From Pyrodictiaceae archaeon (GTDB lineage Archaea > Thermoproteota > Thermoprotei_A > Sulfolobales > Pyrodictiaceae), in NCBI GenBank assembly GCA_027036135.1, contig JALVSY010000007.1, positions 1,028,880 through 1,092,879 on the forward strand: DNA of 64,000 bases, read 5' to 3'. Shown in pieces: positions 39,123-49,166 of this stretch; within the stretch, counting starts at the first letter, position 1; each line of letters begins with the position of its first letter. Both the position numbers and the translations under genes were made by a program. Below the pieces are notes generated by a model that was not told where the DNA came from, ran no database searches, and saw only the letters and a list, made by a program, of their open reading frames with translations.

Positions 39123-40493
39123 CTATTGTGGTAGGGCCTTATTCTTCTTAAGCTCTTCTAGGAACTCTGTGAATGTTTCTAGGAACTTTCTTGCATCGTC
39201 TTCGCTGTGCTCTATGGAGGGGAGTAGGTGCGCCATGTGCTCTGATATATAGAGTATATTCTTGGTCCTCATGTAGGCGTGAAGGGCTTCGTAGACCTTG
39301 TTGCTCCACCTCTTCTCCAGGGCCTCTCTCGTCGACGAGGGCCGTTCCTCTGTGAAGTGTATGCCTACTATGGCTCCCTCGCCTGTTGACCAGCATGCGT
39401 TATTGTACTCGTTACACCTCTTGTCCATCTCTCCTCTCACCCATCTCCACAGCGTGTTAACCTTCTCGTACACGTCTCTATGCTCAGCGAGGTACTTCAC
39501 GGTAGCGTATCCGGCTAGTATCGTGAGAGGGTTGCCAGCAAACGTTCCTCCATGGAAGCTTCGTTCACGTGGATTAACTATCTCGGTGTGGTCTAGCAGC
39601 CTCATTATCTCGGAGCGCGCGGCGAATACCCCGGCTCCCGCTACTCCTCCCCCAACTATCTTGCCCAGTACTACTATGTCTGCTCTTACCCCGTAGTATT
39701 CCTGGGCCCCGCCGAGCGCTAAGCGGAACCCTGTTATGACCTCGTCGAAGACCAGTAGGGAGCCGTACCTGTCGCTTAGCTCTCGTAGCCCCTTGAGGAA
39801 CTCTGGCTTAGCTGGTATGGCGCCACCGGCGCCTAGCACGGGCTCAACTATTATTGCTGCTACGTCGTGGCTTCGGAGAAGCTTCTCAACAGAGTCCAGG
39901 TCGTTGTAGGGCGCGACGAGCGTGTACTTTAGGCAGTCCTCTACCAGGCCCTTGCTCTCTGGGCCACAGAAGGGCGGCGTGACGCCAGTGTGGAGAGCGT
40001 CGTATCCTCCGTGCCATCCTCCCTCGAACTTGATTATGTAGCGGTTCCCCGTGTAGGCCCGGGCGAGCCTAATAGCGTACATGTTCGCCTCGGTACCGCT
40101 GTTAGCGAAGCGCACAGACTCTATACCGGGGACGACCTGGGTCAGTAGCTCTGCGTACTCCACAGCATAGGGGTTCTCATAGCCTAGATGAGTACCCTTG
40201 CTGAGTGCTTCTCTCAGAGCCTCCTCAACGACACGGGGCCGGTGGCCTAGGAAGAGGGCGCCATGCCCCATCCAGTAATCAGTATAGCGGTTCCCATCAA
40301 CGTCCCAGATGTACTTCCCCTCACCCTTCTCGATGAACACCGGATAAGGCCTAAACCACCTAATGTGATAAGTTACTCCGCCTGGTAGTCTCTTCCTCGC
40401 CTCCTCGTAGAGCCTCCTAGACCCTGGTGTCCTCTTAGCATAGGTCTCGTGGTACCTTTTTATTAGCTCCTCGAAGACAGTCTCGTCAACCAT
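39123..40493 (-). CDS. Class III aminotransferase, GSA-aminomutase (HemL)-like
   Basis: NSGTEAN, FDEVITGFR, LGKIVGGG and GTFAGNP motifs. Confidence 0.85.
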   Translation of the reverse strand: MVDETVFEELIKRYHETYAKRTPGSRRLYEEARKRLPGGVTYHIRWFRPYPVFIEKGEGKYIWDVDGNRYTDYWMGHGALFLGHRPRVVEEALREALSKGTHLGYENPYAVEYAELLTQVVPGIESVRFANSGTEANMYAIRLARAYTGNRYIIKFEGGWHGGYDALHTGVTPPFCGPESKGLVEDCLKYTLVAPYNDLDSVEKLLRSHDVAAIIVEPVLGAGGAIPAKPEFLKGLRELSDRYGSLLVFDEVITGFRLALGGAQEYYGVRADIVVLGKIVGGGVAGAGVFAARSEIMRLLDHTEIVNPRERSFHGGTFAGNPLTILAGYATVKYLAEHRDVYEKVNTLWRWVRGEMDKRCNEYNNACWSTGEGAIVGIHFTEERPSSTREALEKRWSNKVYEALHAYMRTKNILYISEHMAHLLPSIEHSEDDARKFLETFTEFLEELKKNKALPQ

Positions 40494-40498
40494 GCCTA

Positions 40499-41503
40499 TT
40501 ACACCGCGAATCTTGGGCGGAAGGGTAGGAGATCAACCATTGTTAGTAATCCTGGGCCGTAGCTCTGTATTGCCTCGGCCATGTGGAGGAGCACTGAGGC
40601 CGTGCCAGCATCGCCTGGTGTACCGCTGCTCCTCCACTTAACGCTGTAATCCTTCCCCTCTATCAGTACCTCCTCGTACTCCTCGGCGCCCACATAGGCA
40701 TGGAACTCTATCCGGATAACCTCCTTGTCGCCGAGGTATGCTGCTCCATAACCCTTGGCCCCCAGGTTCATGCCCTTCTCAACACTTACACCGTTGGACT
40801 CAACAGGCTCCTTGGCGGGCACTACCTCTTGGCCCTCAACGATCCGTGTCGGTTGGATACCGGCGGCATCTGCTACTAGGAGCACTGACTCAGCGAACCC
40901 CACGTGGCCAGTAAGCTCTCCTCTCTTCATCTTCTCCTCGACAAGGCGTGGATCCAGGCCTACGCCTATCTTTTTCTGGAAAGGCTTCCTCCTCTTCGCT
41001 GCATCGACGCTCCTCACCGCCCGTATATACTTGACTAGGTGGAAGGGGGCAGTGAGAGTAACCACTAGCGTGTCTAGGAGGAAGCCCGGGTTAATCCCGG
41101 TGCCGAGCACAGCCACACCACTCATACTGGCCTTCTCGTCGAGCTTACGTGCTAGCACCGGGTAGCGATACCATGGATAAGCCAGGGTCTCGCAGGTCGA
41201 GACAACGTCTCGCCTAAGCTCTATGACGCGAAGAAGCTGGGGATAAACCCTGTCAAGATAACTACTAGTAGCATGGATAACTACATCAGCTTGAGCCAGC
41301 ACAGAGGGATCCTTCGAGACCCTTACGCCCAGGCTCTCACCGAGCCCAATAACCTCGCCTATGTCGCGCCCTACTAGCCCAGGGTCTATATCGACGGCAG
41401 CGACTACCTCGTAGCCTCTCTCGAGGGCTAGGCGCGCGGTTAGTCTCGCGATTGCACCGAAGCCGTAAAACCCTACGCGCAAGACCCAAACTACCACGCC
41501 CAA
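40499..41503 (-). CDS. DapB_N-type NAD(P) oxidoreductase, 2,4-diaminopentanoate dehydrogenase-like
   Basis: YGFGAIA, STCE, GTGINPGF and GHVGF motifs. Confidence 0.8.
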   Translation of the reverse strand: MGVVVWVLRVGFYGFGAIARLTARLALERGYEVVAAVDIDPGLVGRDIGEVIGLGESLGVRVSKDPSVLAQADVVIHATSSYLDRVYPQLLRVIELRRDVVSTCETLAYPWYRYPVLARKLDEKASMSGVAVLGTGINPGFLLDTLVVTLTAPFHLVKYIRAVRSVDAAKRRKPFQKKIGVGLDPRLVEEKMKRGELTGHVGFAESVLLVADAAGIQPTRIVEGQEVVPAKEPVESNGVSVEKGMNLGAKGYGAAYLGDKEVIRIEFHAYVGAEEYEEVLIEGKDYSVKWRSSGTPGDAGTASVLLHMAEAIQSYGPGLLTMVDLLPFRPRFAV

Positions 41504-41685
41504 TGAGCAATGAAGGGGAGTCTTTCAGCTTTTCCACCCATATGCCGCCCAGCTCTATGCCCCCAATGAAACATGGTGAGTAGTGAGAATAGCTCATCAC
41601 TGTTTCCTTGCTCGTTTTCTTGGGCGCCAGGCTCTATAAGGCCTCCTCGTAACCCTCTACCACTCCTTACCGGGTGGTTGCCTGA

Positions 41686-42558
41686 ATGAGCCAGCTTATG
41701 GGCTCTAAGCGTATGAGGTTCGGGCCAGCCGGTAAACCTGTCGATATGAAGAGCGGTGACTACGTCAAGGCCGTGGAGTACGTCGCAAAGGAAGGCCTAG
41801 ATGCTATGGAGTACGAGGCTGTACGCGGTGTAAGGATAAGCGAGTCCAAGGCAAGGGCTATAGGCGAGGCTGCTAGGAAGTATGACGTGTTGTTATCGAT
41901 GCATGCACCCTATTACGTGAACTTTGCCTCCCCCGAGGAGCAGACGATTAAGAAGAGCCAGGAGAGGCTCATCGCAGCAGTCCGTGCCTCCTACCGGATG
42001 GGTGCCTACGCGGTGGTTTTCCACCCAGGCTACTACAAGGGTAATAGTAGCCGCGAGGAGGCTCTCCATAGAACCATTGAGTCGCTGAGACCCGTTGTTG
42101 AGTGGATGAAGCAGGAGGGCATCAAGGGCGTATGGATAGCTCCCGAGACAACAGGGAAGAGCAGCCAAGTAGGCGACGTCGACGAGGTAATAGCTATTTG
42201 CCGGGAACTAGACATGGCTAGGCCAGCAGTGGACTGGGCTCACCTCCACGCTAGGAGCGAGGGCCAATTCCCCACTAGTATAGACGACGTGATAAAAGTG
42301 ATAGAGAAGATAGAAAAGGAGCTAGGCTCCTGGGCAGTAAAGCCCCTCCACACCCATTTCAGCAGGATAGAGTACGGCAGGGGTGGAGAACGGGAACACC
42401 ACACATTGGCGGAGGAAGAATACGGGCCCGATTGGAGAATAGTGTGTAGGGCCTACAAAGAAACAGGGATACAGGGAGTCATTATATCGGAGAGCCCGAT
42501 ACTGGACAAAGACGCCCTAGTAATGAAGAAGATATGCCAAGAAGAAGACTATATATAA
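41686..42558 (+). CDS. nfo: Endonuclease IV (archaeal type)
   Basis: HAPYYVN, FHPG, PETTGK, DWAH and HFS motifs. Confidence 0.9.
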   Translation: MSQLMGSKRMRFGPAGKPVDMKSGDYVKAVEYVAKEGLDAMEYEAVRGVRISESKARAIGEAARKYDVLLSMHAPYYVNFASPEEQTIKKSQERLIAAVRASYRMGAYAVVFHPGYYKGNSSREEALHRTIESLRPVVEWMKQEGIKGVWIAPETTGKSSQVGDVDEVIAICRELDMARPAVDWAHLHARSEGQFPTSIDDVIKVIEKIEKELGSWAVKPLHTHFSRIEYGRGGEREHHTLAEEEYGPDWRIVCRAYKETGIQGVIISESPILDKDALVMKKICQEEDYI

Positions 42559-42743
42559 ACATCTAAGGTTATTAATGATTAGATACTAATGTTTCCCAAA
42601 ATTCCTCCTTTGCATAAATCTAAATCCTCGTCAAGGACTCTATGGAATTGTATTTATATGCCTATACTTACACTTTACGTCATATGGCATATACAGTAGG
42701 ATTTATTAGTATCCACCAGTTTTTTACAAATAGCGAATAAGAG

Positions 42744-43757
42744 GTGAAAATTATGCGAGAGAATAGACGCCTTACCTATATCTTAGCTATAGCAGCGGCT
42801 ACAGTGCTAATAGTAGGTGTGATTGCTTTTGCTCAAGCCAGCCGTAATAAACCAGAGCTACGAATGATAACACATACAGAGATAGTAAAACCCGTAGTGA
42901 ATTTACTCGGCAGTGCTAAGCCGCTAGGAGTAGAGCCAAAGACGCTGCAGAAGAACGATATAACATCGCTAATAAGTAAAGATCCGCGAATAAAGTCAGC
43001 TCTCGTTAAGCTGGGAGGAATAGACGAGATAAACGCAGCTCAGTTGCTCAATTATAATGGAAAGAGGCTATTAGTGATATTTACCAAGGGAACCGAAAAT
43101 CATCCAGTAGTAATAGACCTTGCAACAGGAGAGATCCTTCCCGCTAAAATTATTGTGATTAAACGCTATCATGACCGAATGAGGGTTCCAGTCAATTCTG
43201 AGAGTAGAAAACAAATAAAGGAAATGCTTGAGAACCTTAGAGCTAGTGGCAAAATAAAAATCACTGATCAATATGAGAATTCCCTCATAGCAAACTATAC
43301 GCGACTCTATCTTTACAAAGAAGTTAAAGCAACCAGTTATCAGCTCTTAGTGAAGCTAAACAAGAACAGGCCAGGCTACACACCTTTGGCATATTATCTC
43401 TCAGCAACAACATGCATGCCCTGGTACATAGCTGGCCATCTAGTATACGAGGTTTGTGCATCAGGTCTATTCTATGTAGATCCCGGTAACGCGGTCTACG
43501 TTGTAAGTGATAACTCCTACTACATTGTTAATTTGCCATACTCGAACTGCAAGTTCCATCACTCTACGAGCGCAACGCCAGTATCAGCATCAATAAGAGC
43601 CGACGGAGAAGCCGCGCTGCTTGATTGCCCAGTAACAACCAAGCTAAGCGCTTGGGCAGTATCAACCGTCGATAAATGGGGCAACTTCTTCCCCAATGGT
43701 GGCGGCTCTAAGTGGATAGCCTTTGGGTGTGGTTGCCAATCAATACCGATGCCTTAA
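42744..43757 (+). CDS. Secreted protein: signal peptide, PepSY-like pro-region, Cys-rich C-terminal domain
   Basis: Signal ending AFA/AQA; VVIDLATGEIL motif; 6 Cys confined to the last ~120 aa; AT-rich flanks. Confidence 0.65.
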   Translation: MKIMRENRRLTYILAIAAATVLIVGVIAFAQASRNKPELRMITHTEIVKPVVNLLGSAKPLGVEPKTLQKNDITSLISKDPRIKSALVKLGGIDEINAAQLLNYNGKRLLVIFTKGTENHPVVIDLATGEILPAKIIVIKRYHDRMRVPVNSESRKQIKEMLENLRASGKIKITDQYENSLIANYTRLYLYKEVKATSYQLLVKLNKNRPGYTPLAYYLSATTCMPWYIAGHLVYEVCASGLFYVDPGNAVYVVSDNSYYIVNLPYSNCKFHHSTSATPVSASIRADGEAALLDCPVTTKLSAWAVSTVDKWGNFFPNGGGSKWIAFGCGCQSIPMP

Positions 43758-43877
43758 GCAAGAGCACTAAGCTATTATGCAACTATTACTATTTTTGTTA
43801 CAGAATTGTTAGTTTTAATCATATTTTTATTCATATTCTAAATATATGTATCATAATATAAGTATGAGGTTATGGTG

Positions 43878-44178
43878 ATGAGTCGTAGAATATTTGTCCA
43901 TGCGTTCCTCATAGGGTTTGCGATGGGCTTTATCGTCGCTTTTTTTGGCGTTTATGCTTCTTCCTCGCATAGAAGCCAAAGAGGCACCTAAAGGTATGAT
44001 TAGAGTCGGATCTATCGAGTATAAGGGGTTGCATGTTACTGTTTATGCAAACTTCTCGTCCAAGCATGGTGTGGCATATATTGACACGATTTATATAAAA
44101 TACTATTGGGCTGAAGGGCTTCCTGGAGGTACGGGAGAGGCTTTTTGCACTATAAAGGGGCATCATGGATCAAGTTGA
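43878..44178 (+). pseudogene. Small exported/membrane protein split at a T7 tract
   Basis: GAGGT RBS and ATG 43878. Removing one T at 43940-43946 fuses MSRRIFVHAFLIGFAMGFIVA to FLAFMLLPRIEAKEAPK... (99 aa). Confidence 0.6.
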
Positions 44179-44182
44179 AGCT

Positions 44183-44740
44183 TTAAGAGAATGTTTTACT
44201 CTTTTGCATGTTTCTTAGCCTCTTTATGACGGATTCTGCTAGTCTCGCGTGCTTTTTCTCCTCCTCGACGAGTAGCTCGAGCAGCTTTCTCAGAGTTGTC
44301 CCGGGCTCGGCTAGGGGTACTAGGTCCTCGTAGCTAGACTGGGCCAGCTTCTCCATGCTTAGATGTGTCTGCACCATATCTAGTACTCTCTGTGCCTCCT
44401 CTGGAGCCGGCTTGTAGAAGAGGAGGTCACGTGCAAACATTATCGTGGAGGTTATTGCTCTCATAAGCGCCCAGGTTATCTCTCTGTGAACAATGCTGTC
44501 AAACGCTATTAGGAAGAGCTCCCAGCGTGCATGCTCATCCGTACAAGCCTTTGCTATGTCACGGTAGGCCTTGGCCTCGCACATCTCGTCCAGCGCGATG
44601 CTCTCGAGCATCTTCTTCATCTGCTCTAGTTGCGCTATCATTTTCTCTAATCGCTCCTCTAGCTCCGTGGGGCCTTTCTTATCACTTTTCATAACCTGTC
44701 CCTCTGGAGGAGTTCTCGCCGAGCTATACATTAGGGCCAC
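44183..44740 (-). CDS. Ferritin-like/rubrerythrin-type di-iron protein; start probably 44692
   Basis: DEMCEAKAY, DSIVH, MEK and EEKKH di-iron-type motifs. Confidence 0.7.
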   Translation of the reverse strand: MALMYSSARTPPEGQVMKSDKKGPTELEERLEKMIAQLEQMKKMLESIALDEMCEAKAYRDIAKACTDEHARWELFLIAFDSIVHREITWALMRAITSTIMFARDLLFYKPAPEEAQRVLDMVQTHLSMEKLAQSSYEDLVPLAEPGTTLRKLLELLVEEEKKHARLAESVIKRLRNMQKSKTFS

Positions 44741-44796
44741 TACCTGGTAAAAACAGTGGCTTAACCACGCCTAGTACAAGTAATAGCTAGAGTAGA

Positions 44797-45693
44797 TTGG
44801 CCCTAGTTAGCCGGCATAGGTGCTGCGTGATGGAGCTTGGAGGTATTAGGGTAGTTGCAACCGCTATCGGTACTGCTATGGGGTTGCTTGGCCCGGGTCT
44901 CTATGTATACACGGTCAATAGGTATGGTGATGCAGTGATTCTATGGCGTAGGCTTCGCTTACTCCTACTCTATAGTGGCACCGGTCTCCTCTTGCTAAGT
45001 ATCGGCGTCGGCTGGATGGATGTAAGCACACTCATCACTGCAGTAGCCGTGCTGGTAGCTGTGTTCTTGCTAGTGCATCTCGTCCTCGAGAAAAGGAGTA
45101 GCATGTTTGTAGTAGGCCTAGGCGACGAAGTTGTTGAAGCAAGGCTTCTCCGCGGCCAAGGAACAGCGGCTTTTAGCTTCACGGGGACAGGTAGGATATA
45201 TGTATCCGAGGGCCTCGTATACATGCTTGAGCCGGGAGAGCTAGCAGCGATAGTGGCTCATGAGAGGGGGCACAGTGTTGCCCTACAACCTCTTAGCTCG
45301 CCCCTAGTTAACTCGTTGCTAGCGCTACTAAGCGTGGCCATAGCTATGGGCGTAGTAAACCTAGTAGCAAGCGGTAGCGCGGCAGGCATTAGTCTAGGCT
45401 TGTTAGCAAGCCTCGGTGCCTGGGGCCTATGGGTAACCTATAACTGGGCATGGGAGAGCCTAGCAGATATATATTCACTAATAAAAACCGGGGCAATAGC
45501 CTATACAGCACTTCAGAGAATCACCGGCGCATTGCCCAGGCCATTATCCATACGAGACGCCTATTACGACTTCATACGCTCAATGCGTCCCCGCAGGATA
45601 GGGGGAGGAGTGTTCCTCGTTAATCCGCACCCCAGGCCGGAGACCAGACTATACATCATGCAGCGACTGCTCCGAGAACTATATCAGCTTTAG
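44797..45693 (+). CDS. Membrane Zn metalloprotease, M48/HtpX-like
   Basis: TM helices, AHERGH, WESLAD and HP..ETR motifs. Confidence 0.8.
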   Translation: MALVSRHRCCVMELGGIRVVATAIGTAMGLLGPGLYVYTVNRYGDAVILWRRLRLLLLYSGTGLLLLSIGVGWMDVSTLITAVAVLVAVFLLVHLVLEKRSSMFVVGLGDEVVEARLLRGQGTAAFSFTGTGRIYVSEGLVYMLEPGELAAIVAHERGHSVALQPLSSPLVNSLLALLSVAIAMGVVNLVASGSAAGISLGLLASLGAWGLWVTYNWAWESLADIYSLIKTGAIAYTALQRITGALPRPLSIRDAYYDFIRSMRPRRIGGGVFLVNPHPRPETRLYIMQRLLRELYQL

Positions 45694-46039
45694 AGCCTCA
45701 GGGCCCTCTGTATACCAGCAGGTATATACCCGCGAGTATACAGATCGAAAAGAAGACGTTTTCAGCAAAGATATTGCTGAGGCACGTGCTTCCAGGGCTG
45801 TACGGTTAGTGCTTGTGCAAGAAGATTAGTATAGGGTCTTCTAGTCGTGTTAATGGTTCCTATAGTTTTTCAATCAACTATACGACGAACAAGTAGCAAG
45901 GGACAAGAAGAACTTGGCGATGGTACACGCAATGCCTAGTCAGGGCTGGTAGGGCGTAATCCCGGGACAGTATTATGGTGAAGGAAGACACTTAAGAGTA
46001 ACAAGTGTATCGGTGATGAAGAAGTAGAGAATTAGCGCC

Positions 46040-46399
46040 TTATACTAGCTCGTAGGCGGGGCGTGCGACGAACCGGACCCTGGCGGGGCCTAGGAGTGCC
46101 TCTGCTACGTTTAGTGCTTCGTCGCCCCAGTACTCCCCGCCTGGGCCGGCTAGCCATGCTCCGAAGACTGTGCCGTCGAGGACGACTAGGCCAAGCCTGT
46201 GCCCGGTACTGTACCTCACGCAAACAAAGCCAGTAAACCTTGTATCAACGATCTCGTTAGCTATGTGTTCGTAGACGAGCCCATCCACCTCCTCCTCTAC
46301 GCCGACACCCTTGCAGGCAAACCTGGCCTCCTCGTCAAGAGGTAGCCCAAAAACACTGCCAGCGTGTGAACTCTTAGTGCCAACCACTACCGCTGCCAT
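46040..46399 (-). CDS. Hypothetical protein
   Basis: ORF with ATG and GGTG RBS. Confidence 0.55.
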   Translation of the reverse strand: MAAVVVGTKSSHAGSVFGLPLDEEARFACKGVGVEEEVDGLVYEHIANEIVDTRFTGFVCVRYSTGHRLGLVVLDGTVFGAWLAGPGGEYWGDEALNVAEALLGPARVRFVARPAYELV

Positions 46400-46560
46400 A
46401 GACCCGCACCACTGAGAATAATGGTGTACTAGAAGGGCAGAAGCACCTCACGTCCTCATAATTAGCCCAGTAACACGGGAACCGGGTCGGGCCTCTGCCT
46501 AGGCAATGAGCACGAGAAATACGCTAAGCAGTAGCCAAGAATCAAGGAGTAACAATACCG

Positions 46561-46648
46561 GGCGTCAGCCAACCCGGCTCACGCCATCAGCGCCTCGCCC
46601 CATTGGCGCCTCGGTCCGGGGTTCGCTTCCGGCGCGATCATCACATCC
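46561..46648 (-). ncRNA. C/D-box-like sRNA with extended guides
   Basis: GTGATGA(C)-23 nt-CCGA(D')-6-bp stem-loop-TGATGG(C')-15 nt-CTGA(D); TTTATA about 30 nt upstream. Confidence 0.6.
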
Positions 46649-46843
46649 ACTACTATTGCCTAGGGCCGCGTAGCCTCCTATAAACCCTGGCAACGATCCG
46701 CAGCACCGCTTATTGCTTAATGCTCCCAGCTTTATATCCTGGAAACAAATCACTTTTCAAGCCTCGTAGCCTGCCTCCATTACTATACCTTCTCCTTGGC
46801 CAAGGAATTATTAGTCTAAGCTCATCGTCCCTTCCCCGGGGGT

Positions 46844-47644
46844 ATGGTGGTGAGAGAGTGCTGCATAGACATAATCTGTGAGGGTTGCCCGGTCCTACTA
46901 GTAATAGATGAGAGGAGGCGCTTCATATTCCAGGCAAGGCGCGGCGCCGTACAGGGTAGTGATAAGGGTGTGCTGAGGCACGATGACATACTTGGCAAAG
47001 AGTATGGCTCCCGCGTCAAGCTAAGCAGTGGTATAGAAGCAGTAGTTTTGCGTCCACGCCTCATGGACTACATGGAGCGTGGGTTCCGGAGAAAAACCCA
47101 GGTCATATATCCTAAGGATCATGGACTCATTATAATGTTGCTCGATCTTAAGCCAGGTATGCGTGTACTCGAGATAGGCGTTGGGAGCGGGTTCACAACA
47201 GCAGTATTAGCACAGATAGTTGGGGATGAAGGCAGGGTTTACAGCTACGAGGTGCGCAAAGACAATATAGAGATTGCTAAAAAGAATCTAGAGAAAATAG
47301 GCCTTGCCAATAGAGTTGTGTTGAAGCACCGCGACGCGAGGCTAGGAATAGACGAGGAGGCAATCGATGCCGCTGTAATAGATATGCCTGACCCCTGGGC
47401 CGTCCTCCACCACCTTTACCGCGTTCTTCGCCCAAGTGCTGGGGCAGTATTCTTCTTGCCAGCTGTTAACCAGGTACAGCGCCTCTTGCTAGCACTGGGT
47501 CTTCATGGAGGCTGGGTGGGGACAAGTGTCTACGAGGTCCTCCTGCGAGGCTATGAGCCTCGAGGGGACGCTCTAAGACCCTATACCACGATGATAGCCC
47601 ATACAGGGTACCTAGTCTATGCGAGAAAAGTGCACATGAGATGA
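46844..47644 (+). CDS. trmI: tRNA (adenine-N1)-methyltransferase
   Basis: TQVIYPKD, EIGVGSG, DMPDPW and HTGYL motifs. Confidence 0.93.
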   Translation: MVVRECCIDIICEGCPVLLVIDERRRFIFQARRGAVQGSDKGVLRHDDILGKEYGSRVKLSSGIEAVVLRPRLMDYMERGFRRKTQVIYPKDHGLIIMLLDLKPGMRVLEIGVGSGFTTAVLAQIVGDEGRVYSYEVRKDNIEIAKKNLEKIGLANRVVLKHRDARLGIDEEAIDAAVIDMPDPWAVLHHLYRVLRPSAGAVFFLPAVNQVQRLLLALGLHGGWVGTSVYEVLLRGYEPRGDALRPYTTMIAHTGYLVYARKVHMR

Positions 47645-48040
47645 GATCCCTTAATATCTAATCTCTAAAATTGTTTACTTTATTATATAATTATTTAAAG
47701 AGCTTTGAAGAAAATAATTAAAATAAAATATATTTATTATTTCTAAGAAACTTAAGCTGATATTGTCTCTTTTAAAGAGCATATGATATTGCGATAGCTT
47801 AATAATATTAAGCCCATAATTGTCTTCGTAGACTTGTAGATCTCTATTAAATCTTCAGCGCTCATGATTAATGCCAACTGTTTAGATGTCTCCTTGTATT
47901 TCGCGACTAAGTAAATTAGGGTATTTAGATACCCTGATAAGTAGCGAAATACGGGCAAGAGGAGTCAATGTTGCTCGAGAATAGCTTCATAAGCCCAGTA
48001 AGCATCCTAGTAGCCTACTCAGTCATAGCAGTACTGATAA

Positions 48041-49051
48041 TTATTGCTGGCTACCTTGTTTATCGTCGTCAGAGCCGTTTCCGGAGAGGCACTCGGCAGC
48101 TGCGTTAGCAACCATTCGGGCTATTTGTGCAGCCCCCATGGTCGTTGATGGCCTAGGGGCTCCGGCAACATTGCTATGGCCTCCCCCGCCTAGCCTAGAG
48201 GCTATGCAGTCAGCCCGGAGCTTGCCCCATGTCTTTATGCTCAGTCCACGCGGGTAGAGAATGACAACTACTTCGGCCTCGCTGGGCCCCGGTGCGACGC
48301 CTAACCGCTGTACATCGCATGCGCTGGCACGTGGTGGCGGAGTAACGACGGCTACCCTTATGCCACTAAATCTCTCGATAACGATGCTGATCTTCTCCCT
48401 TATCTCGCGATAATAGCTCTCTGCCTCCTTCTCGTAGATCTCGTTGGCCCAGCTGGGCCACAGTTCTCCCTGGGAGAGACTCTCAGCAGCCCTGCGAAGA
48501 CCGGTCCAGTCAAGGTGGCGTAGCACTAGTCTCCACTTATCAGCTAAGCCATATGGGTCATCGCTGCAAGAGTCATCGGCTCGGGCTATCTCGACAAGCT
48601 TCCGGGAAACCTCATCGCCCCAGCAATCAATGAGGCGACAAGCTATCTCGGCAGTAACGCTCCCCCGGTCATGTACTATGATCACGCCTTTCTCCTCGAG
48701 AGGCTCCTTGGCGCTAGAGTCCCAGACATGGTGATCAAGCCATACAACACCACGTGCATACTTAGTGAGCGCAGCTATGGCCTCGGCATCGCCCCGTGTC
48801 CGTGGAGAGAGATCAGCAACAACTACGGCGGTGCCTGGCTTCCCGGCAGCCTCTTGGAGAGCACGCTTAACCATAGTATAAAGCCCCCTAACGCCAGCAA
48901 CACTATGAGAGACCTCCTTGCCTTCTCCCCGAGCCCATCGCATGATTATAGCAGCGCTAGACAAACCATCGAGATCAACGTGGCTGACAACATGTATCCT
49001 AGCAGCGCCTCGCAGCAACTCCCTAGCCCTCTCCAAGACATCGCTTGCCAC
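48041..49051 (-). CDS. DHH/DHHA1 phosphoesterase
   Basis: HVDLDG, ADL, DHH and GGGH motifs. Confidence 0.88.
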   Translation of the reverse strand: MASDVLERARELLRGAARIHVVSHVDLDGLSSAAIIMRWARGEGKEVSHSVAGVRGLYTMVKRALQEAAGKPGTAVVVADLSPRTRGDAEAIAALTKYARGVVWLDHHVWDSSAKEPLEEKGVIIVHDRGSVTAEIACRLIDCWGDEVSRKLVEIARADDSCSDDPYGLADKWRLVLRHLDWTGLRRAAESLSQGELWPSWANEIYEKEAESYYREIREKISIVIERFSGIRVAVVTPPPRASACDVQRLGVAPGPSEAEVVVILYPRGLSIKTWGKLRADCIASRLGGGGHSNVAGAPRPSTTMGAAQIARMVANAAAECLSGNGSDDDKQGSQQ

Positions 49052-49166
49052 GGCTCCCTCAACACCCCCGCTCTCTGCTCCCCCTCCCCGTACTCATTAA
49101 CAATGCCCCAGCACCCAGGCTTGCTAAGAATCCGTGCCCAGAACTATTTGGGGCCTTGTAGGGAGC

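Noticed and set aside
41525-41600. GTGATGA...CTGA pair on the minus strand
   Set aside because: No recognisable D'/C' boxes or terminal stem; may be a plain 5' UTR.
43758-43841. In-frame hydrophobic 27-codon extension after the stop of the secreted protein (read-through anchor?)
   Set aside because: T-rich intergenic DNA yields F/I/L codons by chance, and TAA is a poor read-through codon.
46610-46635. GGTTCG T-loop-like motif suggesting a tRNA
   Set aside because: No cloverleaf or acceptor stem; better explained as the antisense of an sRNA guide.
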